Source: Gemmatimonadota bacterium (GTDB lineage Bacteria > Gemmatimonadota > Gemmatimonadetes > Longimicrobiales > Gaopeijiaceae). Taken from it: DNA of 32,106 nucleotides. The translations under genes were made by a program, and so were the position numbers. Numbering within the stretch: position 1 is the first letter of the stretch; every line of letters starts with the position of its first letter. Below, piece by piece: positions 8,640-17,474 of this stretch. The stretch covers positions 1 through 32,106 of the forward strand of contig JBDHHQ010000098.1 in assembly GCA_039589315.1 (NCBI GenBank), given 5' to 3'. The notes beneath the pieces are model-generated. The model had not been told where the DNA came from. It did no database searches and worked only from the letters and a program-made list of their open reading frames with translations.

Positions 8640-10706
8640 TCAGGAGCCGTACTGCTCCAGCAACGCTTGAAAGCGGGGATGATCCCGGATCGCGTCCCAC
8701 TCGGGCTGGAGGTTCAGGAGGTTGACCGAGAGCGCCGACGGGCGCGATAGCATATCCTCGATCGAGTCCAGCGCCTGCTCGTGCTCGCCCAGCTCGACGA
8801 GGGTCATGGCCCAACGCGGCTCCGCGTTCATCCGGTAGTACACCGAGAGAATGGTGTCTGCCGCTTCCTGCGCGTGGGCCATCTGGGCCCACGCGTCCTC
8901 GCTCCGACCCGCCCGTGCGTACATCTGGGCCACGTAGGTGCGGATTTCCACCGCGGTCTGCTCACCCGGCATCGGTGCTTCGACGAGCATGTCTCCCCAG
9001 ACGCCCCAGATCCGTCGCTCTTCGGCGGGGTCTTCCCCCGCCCAGCGCAGTAGCCACGCCTTGGCGACGATGTTGATGAAGTGTCGCTCCTGAAACCCCG
9101 GATGGCCCTCCACGACGTCGCGGACCTCGTCGACACGCAGCAGCGTCGCGCCGAAGGGCGCTGGATGCCGTGGGTAGTAGTCGTTGAGAAACCCGGTGAC
9201 GTTCCGCGGCGTCAGGTTCGCGAACGCGACCATCTCATTCAGGGCATCGACCGCCCGATCGGTGTCGCCGTCGGCGGCCAGATAGGTGGAGATCACGTGT
9301 TGGTACACGGTCTTCAGAATCCCCCCGGCCCCCCACTCACCGTCGTACGCGAGCTTCGCCAGGCCCAGCAGCCGGCGTTGTAGGAGCTCCGCCTCGTCGA
9401 ACCTGCCCATGTAGAACGCGAGATCGGCTGCGAGCATCTGGATCAGAGGCTCGCGGGGGTCGAGGTCCGAGGCACGGCGGAGATCGACGCGAGCGGCGTC
9501 CCAATCGCCGTCTCGCATGCTGAGTTGAGCGAGGCCCCGCAGCGCCAGGACGTTGTCCGGGTCGAATCGCCGGGCCCGTAGGAAGCTCTCCTGGGCGCGG
9601 ACCGCGTCCTTGACCACGTTCAGGTAGTAGTCCCCGAGCACCCGATGTCCATGGGCCAGCTCGGGGTCGAGCTCGATCGCCCGCTCCGCCGCGCTGCGCA
9701 CTCGATCGAGCTGCTCTGGGGTCCGCTCATTGCCGCGTGACGTCGAGTAGATCGCCGCCTCGACGCCGGCGATGGCCGCGTGGGCCTGGGCATAGAGGGA
9801 GTCGCGCTCCAGCGCGTCCCGGTAGTAATCGTACGCCACCTCGTACAGCTGGAACTCACCGCGGTCGGCGCGGTGCTCCGCCTCCTGTCCGAGCAGGTAG
9901 AGCTCAAAAGCCTGGGGGTCGGTCGTAGGCACCTGGGTGAGACGGGACCGTTCCTCAGGAGCGAGCACGACGGCCAGCGCATCCGCGATTCGCGATGCGA
10001 TCTCGCCCTGCAGCGCGAACACGCTCTCCGGTTCCAGCACACCCTCGTAGATGTCGCCCCAGAGTTGTACGTCCCTCACGGCGTCGATGAGGGAGACGTT
10101 GATTCGGATCAGGGACCCCGCCCGCTGGACCGTGCCTTCGAGGATGGCGCTGGCCCCCAGCTCCTCTGCGATCTGGCGCAGGCTCCGGTCCACCGATTGG
10201 TAGCTCGCCACCGACGTCCTGGAGATTGCGTTGATCCTCGAGAGCTTGGACAGGTGGGTGAGGATCTCGCCATGGATGCCGCTGGCCAGGAACGCGGCGC
10301 CCTCCGCGGCCTCGCTGGCGTTGATGAAGGGGAGAACGGCTATTACGGGCCCCTCGAGGACGCTCTCGAGCCGGCCGGAAGCGGCGACGGACGACCCCAG
10401 GTCGCCCATCCGGTAGCTCGCCACCGCGGACGAAACGCCCCCGACGCCGATCAGCCCGAGCAGTGCCAGCTCGAGCACCGTGACGCTCTGCCGCCCTTTC
10501 TCGGCGTGGAACCAGGCCAAGACGAGCGCGCCCAGAAACCCCCATGCCAGGAACAGCGTCAACGCCCGCGTGGTCGGGTCGACGGCCAACCCAAAGGGCT
10601 CGGCGAGGACGGAGACCACTTCGATCAGGACCCAGGACCCCGCCAGGTAGGCGATGGACCACTGGACGATCTTGCGCTCTTTGAGGCGCTGAAGCAGCGA
10701 CGGCAT
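8640..10706 (-). CDS. Membrane-anchored TolB-like/FlgO-domain protein with TPR repeats
   Basis: LKERKIVQW..AY N-terminal TM region; IAVLPF.N..GIHGEILTHLSK..ISRTSV domain; TPR helices; WDAIRDHPRFQALL tail. Confidence 0.88.
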   Translation of the reverse strand: MPSLLQRLKERKIVQWSIAYLAGSWVLIEVVSVLAEPFGLAVDPTTRALTLFLAWGFLGALVLAWFHAEKGRQSVTVLELALLGLIGVGGVSSAVASYRMGDLGSSVAASGRLESVLEGPVIAVLPFINASEAAEGAAFLASGIHGEILTHLSKLSRINAISRTSVASYQSVDRSLRQIAEELGASAILEGTVQRAGSLIRINVSLIDAVRDVQLWGDIYEGVLEPESVFALQGEIASRIADALAVVLAPEERSRLTQVPTTDPQAFELYLLGQEAEHRADRGEFQLYEVAYDYYRDALERDSLYAQAHAAIAGVEAAIYSTSRGNERTPEQLDRVRSAAERAIELDPELAHGHRVLGDYYLNVVKDAVRAQESFLRARRFDPDNVLALRGLAQLSMRDGDWDAARVDLRRASDLDPREPLIQMLAADLAFYMGRFDEAELLQRRLLGLAKLAYDGEWGAGGILKTVYQHVISTYLAADGDTDRAVDALNEMVAFANLTPRNVTGFLNDYYPRHPAPFGATLLRVDEVRDVVEGHPGFQERHFINIVAKAWLLRWAGEDPAEERRIWGVWGDMLVEAPMPGEQTAVEIRTYVAQMYARAGRSEDAWAQMAHAQEAADTILSVYYRMNAEPRWAMTLVELGEHEQALDSIEDMLSRPSALSVNLLNLQPEWDAIRDHPRFQALLEQYGS

Positions 10707-11101
10707 CAGAATGGGACCACTTCTCTCAGGCCTCCCGGTCCATGCAACCAGCGAAATCGTGGTGGGTCCGCTCGGCGTCTGGGATCACGAGGATGACCCC
10801 GCGGAGTACACGCCTACGGTGTGGTGCTATCCCGAGGAAAGACCTGCTCTGCGTCCGGGATCCTGGAGCGCCGCCGGGAGCAGAGCTCGTCCGCGGCGAG
10901 GTGGAACGAGCTACCTGCACGCTACCGCTGCGACGTCGGCACCGCAAACCTATTCTGATGCGACCGCATCTTCATCGCCTCTCCTGGCTTTCGTCAGGTC
11001 CGTGGAACTCGTCGGATCCGGGTGGCGCTTCCAATCCCCGGAGCGTGCGGTACTTTGGTGGGGTCGCCGTGTACATGGAAGTTCTGAACAGGAGGTGCTT
11101 C

Positions 11102-11347
11102 GTGGCTCGTGAGGAGGTGTCGGAGGCGCGGTTGCTGGCGATTCTGAACGAGAAGCTCGCGGAGAGCGACCGGTGTGAGGGCTGCACTTTCACGGGCCCG
11201 ATCCATCGGCGCAAAGAGCCCGACGACGGCGGCTGCAACTGGGACCAGCCCCCCACCTTGAGTTGCGAAGGCCGGAGCACGTACCGCTGCGCGGCGTGGG
11301 CGCTTCGGGTCGTTCAGGAAGCGAGCAAGCGGTACAACCTCCCCTGA
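11102..11347 (+). CDS. Small Cys-rich hypothetical protein (81 aa)
   Basis: SD AGGAGG + GTG; CEGC..GCNW..SCEG..RC; a diverged homologous fragment at 27354-27443 supports coding. Confidence 0.7.
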   Translation: MAREEVSEARLLAILNEKLAESDRCEGCTFTGPIHRRKEPDDGGCNWDQPPTLSCEGRSTYRCAAWALRVVQEASKRYNLP

Positions 11348-11433
11348 TGAGGTGTTCAACACCGTCTTGAGACCAGCGAGGCTCCCTCGCAGGGTGGTAC
11401 CACTGCCTCCGCCCCGCGCTCGGGCCGGCGCAT

Positions 11434-11595
11434 TCACGGCAGAAGGTGCTTCGAGGCACGCTGAGCGGCGTAGACGCCGAGACCCGTCCCAACCATGCCC
11501 ACGACGAACGCGGTGAAGAAGGAGACGATCGCCCCGAGTTGCCAACCGAGCCAGCCTCCAACCGTCATCCCAAAGAGGTTCAGAAGACGGTTCAT
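11434..11595 (-). CDS. Small Gly-rich membrane protein (53 aa, below the ORF-track cutoff)
   Basis: SD GAGGAG + ATG; MNRLLNLFGMTVGGWLGWQLGAIVSFFTAFVVGMVGTGLGVYAAQRASKHLLP. Confidence 0.7.
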   Translation of the reverse strand: MNRLLNLFGMTVGGWLGWQLGAIVSFFTAFVVGMVGTGLGVYAAQRASKHLLP

Positions 11596-11954
11596 GATTC
11601 TACTCCTCGATTCCCGACTGTGATTTCACCCACTGCCGGCTGGCGGTGCGTCGATAAGTGCAGCACCGCGGTTCGGCGGATTCGCGACTCTGCAGAGCGA
11701 CCAGGCTGCGTCTCATCCATCCAAGGCTTCGACCAGACTGACGAGGAAGCTTACGAGGACGCGCGCGCTTCCGACTTTCACAAGTGCTCGACGCGGAAGG
11801 GTGGCGAACCGGTCTGGGTTTGTGCCGGTGAAGGGCATGCCGAGGGAGGCCGAACGTGGCTGGGGCTAGAGCGGGCGGGGCTTCCGGTTGGGCACGTGCC
11901 GAAGTAAGATCAGTCGCTTCAGCGTTGATTGACCAGCCGGCAGTTACAGCCGTG

Positions 11955-11996
11955 GGGCGCTTAGCTCAGCCTGGTTAGAGCGCCTGCCTTACAAGC
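11955..11996 (+). pseudogene. 5' half of tRNA-Val(TAC), a direct repeat of 14138-14179
   Basis: GGGCGCTTAGCTCAGCCTGGTTAGAGCGCCTGCCTTACAAGC; one mismatch to the complete copy; no T-arm. Confidence 0.9.
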
Positions 11997-12006
11997 CCGC
12001 CGGGAG

Positions 12007-12047
12007 CCCCCGGGATTTCGCAGATTTGGCGAGGTTCCGGGGGTTTT
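12007..12047 (+). terminator. Intrinsic terminator-like hairpin after the tRNA half
   Basis: 15-bp stem CCCCCGGGATTTCGC/GCGAGGTTCCGGGGG (3 G-U pairs), 7-nt loop, then TTTT. Confidence 0.65.
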
Positions 12048-12314
12048 CTCGTCAGAGCTGCGAAGTTCAAAGCCGGGAATCGCACCTCCTGCGAAACCCA
12101 ACGTGCTCACGAACGTGCACACCGGGGCTTTGTCGGCCCCATACCCCATCCCCGGATCGCTTCCAGATCCCTACGGACGAGAGAACCATCTACTCGCCAA
12201 CGTCGGTGGGCAGGCAGTATCCTCTAGCAGCCGCACAGTCATTTGGGGGCGTCCGGTTACCGGGCTGGCTTCCCGGACGCCCAGCGGTGAGGTCTGGTCC
12301 AACGGAGGTGTGCC

Positions 12315-13970
12315 GTGAAGCAGCCATTCCAAGCACTAGGTTCGTTGTCCATACTGGCGCTGGCGATCTCGGGTTGCGCGGAAACGTCACCCATGACGCG
12401 GCAACCGAATGTTCTCCTGATCGTCGCCGACGACCTGGGCTACTCGGACATCGGTTCCTTCGGTGGAGAGATTGCCACCCCAACGCTGGATCTGCTGGCG
12501 CAGGAAGGTCTGCGCCTGTCCAATTTTCACGTGCTCCCGAGCTGCTCACCCACTCGCTCCGTGCTTCTGTCCGGCACCGACAACCACGTGGCGGGCATTG
12601 GGACGATGGGCGAACTACTCACGCCAGAGATGGAGGGGCAACCAGGCTACGAGGGATACCTGAACTTCCGGGTCGCCACGCTACCCGAGGTTCTCGGAGA
12701 GGGCGGTTACCACACCTATATGGCTGGGAAATGGCACCTGGGGAACGACGAAGAGACGAGCCCGTATGCCAGGGGATTCGACAGGACGCTGACGCTCGTG
12801 CCAGGCGGCGGGAGCCACTGGAGCGACCGCCGACCGCTGTCGCCTCCGCAGACAATGCTATACCGCCGGAATGGTGAGCCGGTGGATGAGCTGCCGGAGG
12901 ATTTCTACTCGACCAGGTCCTACACGGACTTCATGATCGAGTCAATCATGCAGAATCACGGGGACGGCAGGCCCTTCTTCGCCTACCTGTCCTATACCGC
13001 GCCCCATGACCCGCTACACGCTCCACAGGAGTACATCAATAAGTACAGGGGCATGTACGATCAGGGGTGGGACGTGCTGCGTGAGGAGCGACTACAGGCG
13101 CTGAAGGATCTTGGCATTGTCTCAGAGAATGCCACTCCGTACCCCCGCCTGCCGTCGGTCGAGGCCTGGGATGACCTCCCGCTCGAAGAAAGACACGTAG
13201 CCGCGCGGGACATGGAGGTCTATGCGGCCATGATCGACTACATGGACGAGCAGATCCAGAGGATCTTCGAATATCTGAAGGAAATCGGCGAATACGACAA
13301 CACGATGATCCTCTTTCTCTCGGACAACGGCGCAAACGGCCATCCGCAGACCGCCTATCCCGGGCAGACCGTCGAGTTTATGAGTTCGTTCGACAACAGC
13401 CTCGAGAACAGGGGCCTGGTCAACTCGTTCATCGAGACCGGTCCAGGCTGGGCGCAGGCCAGCATGGCACCGAGCCGCATGTTCAAGGCGTTCCCCGCCG
13501 AGGGAGGAATCAAAGCACCGTTCCTCGTGAAGCTACCGGGCCAAATGGTGAATGCGGGGGGGCTGGATCACTCGTTCGTCCACGTCCGCGACCTCATGCC
13601 GACGATCTTGGACGTGGCGGGCATCGAGCATCCCCAGGAGATCGGTGGCCGTCAGGTCGCCTCGCTGCACGGAAGCTCCGTGCTGGATCTTGTGAGCGGC
13701 GGGGCGGAAAGCCCGTACGCAGAAGCAAGCCAGGTCGGATACGAGCTGTTTGGCATGAGGGCGTTCTTCGACGGCGATTGGAAGATCCTATGGATGCCAC
13801 CGCCATTCGGTCCGGGGGAGTGGGAGTTGTTCAACCTCGGGGATGATCCGGGGGAGCTGAACGACCTCAGCGCAGAGTACCCGGAGAGGCTCGCGGAGAT
13901 GATTGCCCTCTGGGAGCAGTACAGGGAGGCGAACGGTGTGCTTGACATCGCGTACGAGCTGGGCCCCTAG
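12315..13970 (+). CDS. atsA: Arylsulfatase (Cys-type, formylglycine-dependent), predicted lipoprotein
   Basis: PNVLLIVADDLGYSD, CSPTR (CxPxR), GKWHLG, YTAPHDPL, SDNG; LAISGC lipobox; resembles P. aeruginosa AtsA. Confidence 0.93.
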   Translation: MKQPFQALGSLSILALAISGCAETSPMTRQPNVLLIVADDLGYSDIGSFGGEIATPTLDLLAQEGLRLSNFHVLPSCSPTRSVLLSGTDNHVAGIGTMGELLTPEMEGQPGYEGYLNFRVATLPEVLGEGGYHTYMAGKWHLGNDEETSPYARGFDRTLTLVPGGGSHWSDRRPLSPPQTMLYRRNGEPVDELPEDFYSTRSYTDFMIESIMQNHGDGRPFFAYLSYTAPHDPLHAPQEYINKYRGMYDQGWDVLREERLQALKDLGIVSENATPYPRLPSVEAWDDLPLEERHVAARDMEVYAAMIDYMDEQIQRIFEYLKEIGEYDNTMILFLSDNGANGHPQTAYPGQTVEFMSSFDNSLENRGLVNSFIETGPGWAQASMAPSRMFKAFPAEGGIKAPFLVKLPGQMVNAGGLDHSFVHVRDLMPTILDVAGIEHPQEIGGRQVASLHGSSVLDLVSGGAESPYAEASQVGYELFGMRAFFDGDWKILWMPPPFGPGEWELFNLGDDPGELNDLSAEYPERLAEMIALWEQYREANGVLDIAYELGP

Positions 13971-14081
13971 GATCCATCGGATTCGCGCGGTGTTGAGATC
14001 CTGCATTTGGCTGCTGGAACACTCCTCCTTCGAGGGTGGGATGCCGGGAGAAGTCGATGCGCCAACATGCACAGACCTTCG

Positions 14082-14110
14082 TTGACGCGAGGTAACCAAA
14101 TTGGTAGGTT
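14082..14110 (+). promoter_or_regulatory. sigma70 promoter of the complete tRNA-Val
   Basis: TTGACG-17 bp-TAGGTT with an extended -10 TG. Confidence 0.65.
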
Positions 14111-14137
14111 GTTGTCTTCTAGAGACATAGAACATCG

Positions 14138-14212
14138 GGGCGCTTAGCTCAGCCTGGTTGGAGCGCCTGCCTTACAAGCAGGAGGTCGCTGGTTCGAGTC
14201 CAGCAGCGCCCA
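14138..14212 (+). tRNA. trnV: tRNA-Val (anticodon TAC), CCA not encoded
   Basis: Acceptor GGGCGCT/AGCGCCC, D-arm GCTC/GAGC, anticodon arm CCTGC-CTTACAA-GCAGG, T-arm GCTGG-TTCGAGT-CCAGC. Confidence 0.96.
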
Positions 14213-14369
14213 TAAGGACTTCCGAGAATCTTCGATTCCGTGAGTCAGCAATAAGTCAGCACACGATCCGATGTGATGGGTAGAAGAAATCAGCACCTCC
14301 AGATCTTCGACCGGAGGGCATCCGCGCCCAGGGCGCCCTCACAGCGGACCCTCAACGCTCCCTCGAACC

Positions 14370-15030
14370 GGGCGGTGCTCCCGTACCCTCCGGGACACCC
14401 TTTCGGTGAGGACCATCGGTCCGGCGGCCCCACCTGTGCCGGCGTGCCTGAGGCGTCTCTCTAGGCGAGCGGAATTACGTCCACCTGACCGGGATTCCGA
14501 CCAAGGGCCGAGGCCCCAGCGGACACCCTCCAAGCATGTAACCCCCCTCGCCGCTACTAGACCCGGGGTTTTTCACCGGAGTCGTCGCCGCTGTCTTCGC
14601 CGTAACGGACCGCCAACAGCTCCTCGCGCATACGGGGAGGGAATGTCCCCCCAACCCCGGGGGGCCTCCCGTACCCCTCCGGGACAGGCCTTGCGGTGAG
14701 CTAGGCCCCCGGAGTTTCCGGTGTTTTGCCTCGCAGGGGAAGAGGTGGCGGGAGCGGGCGTGCGGGGTCGTCGGCCCCCCCCACCCGGGGGCCCCCCGTA
14801 CCCCTCCGGGACAACTCCTTCCGCGGCCTTGCCGGTGTTTTGCCTCGCACACGGGGAAGGAGGCGTGAAGGCGCTCTTGGGACAGCACCCTCGAATTGGG
14901 GGGGGCCCCGTACCCCTCCGGCACGCCGGTCCCTCGATGACGGGGGGCCTCCCGTACCCCTCCGGGACTCGCTTCGTGAGTTGAGCCCCCGGACCTACCG
15001 GTGTTTCCCTCCCACATGGGGAAGGGGAAC
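14370..15030 (+). repeat. Cluster of five copies of a structured repeat (core GGGGGCCTCCCGTACCCCTCCGGGACA)
   Basis: Cores at 14378-14397, 14660-14686, 14787-14813, ~14900-14924 and 14943-14968. Several are followed by CCGGTGTTT..CTCGCA(Y)ACGGGGA. Confidence 0.9.
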
Positions 15031-15099
15031 AGGCGTCCTTGGCCCTCTGGAGGAGGGTGTCGCGCTTGCGGCCGTGAGCGGCTACGAGAAGGACCACAG

Positions 15100-15458
15100 A
15101 TGAGCTGGTTTCGGCCTCAGCTCTACGCGGGCATCGAGGGGCGTCCCGGCGTGCCCGTGACCATTCTTTACGACTCACCGGTGTACGAGCCCTAACCATC
15201 AACAACCATGACAGCGATCTGTTCGCCGGCCTACGGCTATGGGTGAACGACGTACATGGGAGCGAAGTCCTCGTCGGGGCACTCGTGGACGTGGAGTCCG
15301 GTGTGACCGTGGGACAACTGGATGCGAGCCGGAGGGTCGGCGATCGTTGGGGCCTGGAGTTGAGCGGCCGCCCGTTCAGCGCACCCGACAGGCAGGACCC
15401 GGTGTATTGGTTCAGGAATGACGACTACGTGCAGACGGTGCTGGAGTACCACTTCTGA
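15100..15458 (+). pseudogene. Fragmented paralog of the outer-membrane barrel at 4666-5868
   Basis: WFRPQLYAGIEGRPG..PVYE, a frame switch at ~15190, then DSDLFAGLRLWVNDV..RRVGDRW..FRNDDYVQTVLEYHF aligning with EHDLFLGGRWALNDV..RRIGSDW..IRRDGFFSLSLTRFF. Confidence 0.75.
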
Positions 15459-15582
15459 CATCGCCTGCGTCGGTCAACCCCATGCTCCACCGCCCGGTTG
15501 AGGCCGCGTGGAGTCTGCTGTACCCTCAGGCGCTGCCGAGCCTGCTTCTCCAGCACCAAACTCGGCCTAACTCGAGCTTGAC

Positions 15583-16125
15583 TCAGTCTGCGTGATCACA
15601 AGACACTTTCGGGTTCCAGTCCTCGAACATGCCGCTGGGATTCGACCGCCAGTTCCAGACGTGCAGAGCCCACAAGCCTGCCCCCTCGTTCGCATGGAAA
15701 TGCTGGCCGAACAGGGGAGCCGGTTCATCGAAGCTCAGTGGAACGATGTACTCCACCGCCACAAGCCGTAATCGGCCACTCCTCTGGGGCTCGTAAAGGA
15801 GTACCTCCGGTTCCGTCACGCTGACCGTGCCGTCGATGAGAGCCGGGTTCCCGTAATGGAAGCCTTGGGCACCGTCCGGCAGTTGCTCGAGGCAGGGTGT
15901 GACCTGCACGCCGTACCCCGCCGCTACTGCCTTCCCGAAGTTGTGAAAGGGTGCAGTCGCACGTCGCACGGCGGCCAGGTCCTGGTTGCTTTCCGGGTCG
16001 CCAGCGATACCGGCGGAGACAGCCGGTTCGAGAACGGTGGTCTGCTCGACCGGACTGGTCGGCGCCTGGCCACAGCCGAGAGCAAGCACTGCGGCAGGCG
16101 TGAGGATGGCGGACGGGATACGCAT
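15583..16125 (-). CDS. Uncharacterised lipoprotein with conserved His motifs
   Basis: SD GGAGG + ATG 16125; LALGC lipobox; GFHY..PEVLLYEP..LVAVEY..LHVW..NPSGMFEDWNPKVSC. Confidence 0.8.
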   Translation of the reverse strand: MRIPSAILTPAAVLALGCGQAPTSPVEQTTVLEPAVSAGIAGDPESNQDLAAVRRATAPFHNFGKAVAAGYGVQVTPCLEQLPDGAQGFHYGNPALIDGTVSVTEPEVLLYEPQRSGRLRLVAVEYIVPLSFDEPAPLFGQHFHANEGAGLWALHVWNWRSNPSGMFEDWNPKVSCDHAD

Positions 16126-16480
16126 GCTGGACCTCCAGCGTTCTGGAAATGCGAGGACCCTCGAGGCTTCGCTCTGCACGTTCGAGCGCGGAGACGCCCT
16201 CAACGTTGGTCAAGTGACGAACGCACTCCAACATACGGATCGTCAGCAGACTCCACAACGACGCAGGCACGCCACAAGTGGTGCAAACATGTTACGCCAG
16301 GAGAGCAGACCGCCAGCCGTCCGTGGGCCCCGGCAGGCGACGGACAGCGTCCTGGACTGTACCTGGCAAGTTCGCGTTCGGCAACTTGTGAACGATGCCC
16401 GATTCACACGCGACTCCTGGGACGTCCAAGAGCCCTCACACGGCCGAGCACACACGCGTCGAGCGAACGAACCTACGCGA

Positions 16481-16798
16481 TCAGTCCTTGGCGATGCGGA
16501 ACAGGGTTCGCAAAGCAACCACGATCAAGGCTGCGGAAACGAAGGTGGCAATTCGCGCGATGACCTGGGTCGCGACGGCTCCAATCAACGGCAGACCCGC
16601 CAGTGCGCTCGTCGAGACGAGAAAGGCCACCGCCGCCAAGAGGAAAGGGGTTTCCTCCTCGCCCGTCACATTGACCGCCCCGACGACCACGCCGAGGGCG
16701 GCCAGCAACCCGAACATCCACCTTTGAGGACTGATGATTCCCGCCACGACGGCAACAAGCAGGCCTATCAGGAACGCCCAACGACCGAGGTTACCCAT
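16481..16798 (-). CDS. Small 4-TM membrane protein
   Basis: SD GGAGG + ATG 16798; GRWAFLIGL..GVVVGAVNVTGEEETPFLLAAVA..LIVVALR. Confidence 0.78.
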   Translation of the reverse strand: MGNLGRWAFLIGLLVAVVAGIISPQRWMFGLLAALGVVVGAVNVTGEEETPFLLAAVAFLVSTSALAGLPLIGAVATQVIARIATFVSAALIVVALRTLFRIAKD

Positions 16799-16981
16799 GC
16801 TTCCTCCCGCGTGTGAGGCATCGGCGGCTCTCCAGGATCCGACCATGTTGCGACAGACACTTGCGCTTCCCTTCGGTCCGTACGACCAGGTTCGGTGAGA
16901 CTTCGACCTCCTGGTCATCGCCCGTGCCGGCCCCACCCACGAAGATCGGGACCGCAGCTGAGCGATCCCGATCCGCTAGAG

Positions 16982-17455
16982 CTACGGATGGCGGCCTGAC
17001 AGTATGCGAAGGTAGCGCACCAAGGGCTCCTTCAAGCCCAGCCTTGAGTGAGGCCCGAGAACAGCCGGAGACGAGCTCGGGGCCGTTCCATTCCTCTTCT
17101 TCCCCGTCGCTTCGCCGCCATCTTCCAGGCCGGCCTCAACCTCCGTGCCCTCGCCGGATGTGGCCGGCGGCTGGGCCGACGGCGCGTCCCCCTGCCTGTT
17201 CGTGGCCTGGAGGAAAACCCGTACCGCGCTCGCCTCGGTCTTGGTCAGGTTCCCACGCGCCCGCATGTGAAGCACGATCGTGGCCCAATCGCGGCTGCTC
17301 CGCTCCGCGGGGGAGCGGACGTTGTGGCAACGTACGCAGTTCTGGGTGTAGACCCGAGCTCCTTCGCCGATCGAGGCCGTCTGGGCAGTCAGCGCACCCG
17401 AGGCCAAGAAGACCATGGCGCCGGCGAGGAGACCTGTCATTCCGAGCCATTTCAT
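16982..17455 (-). CDS. Periplasmic monoheme cytochrome c
   Basis: Signal peptide; CVRCH heme motif; W..IVLHMRARGNL supplies a candidate distal ligand; low-complexity tail; overlaps nothing, 19 bp after the porin. Confidence 0.88.
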   Translation of the reverse strand: MKWLGMTGLLAGAMVFLASGALTAQTASIGEGARVYTQNCVRCHNVRSPAERSSRDWATIVLHMRARGNLTKTEASAVRVFLQATNRQGDAPSAQPPATSGEGTEVEAGLEDGGEATGKKRNGTAPSSSPAVLGPHSRLGLKEPLVRYLRILSGRHP

Positions 17456-17474
17456 GGTTCTCTCCTCTCTCCGT

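Noticed and set aside
10711..11100. ORFs between the TPR gene and the small Cys-rich gene
   Set aside because: No SD or recognisable motif; treated as intergenic or degraded sequence.
14370..15030. CRISPR array (GTGTTT..GGGGA resembles type I-E repeats)
   Set aside because: Spacing is irregular, the intervening sequences are related to each other, copies also occur dispersed and inverted, and there are no cas genes.
14273..15205. ORFs over the repeat cluster (e.g. repeated VPEGYG peptides)
   Set aside because: They are translations of the DNA repeat, with no SD or protein motif, and indels between copies break the frame.
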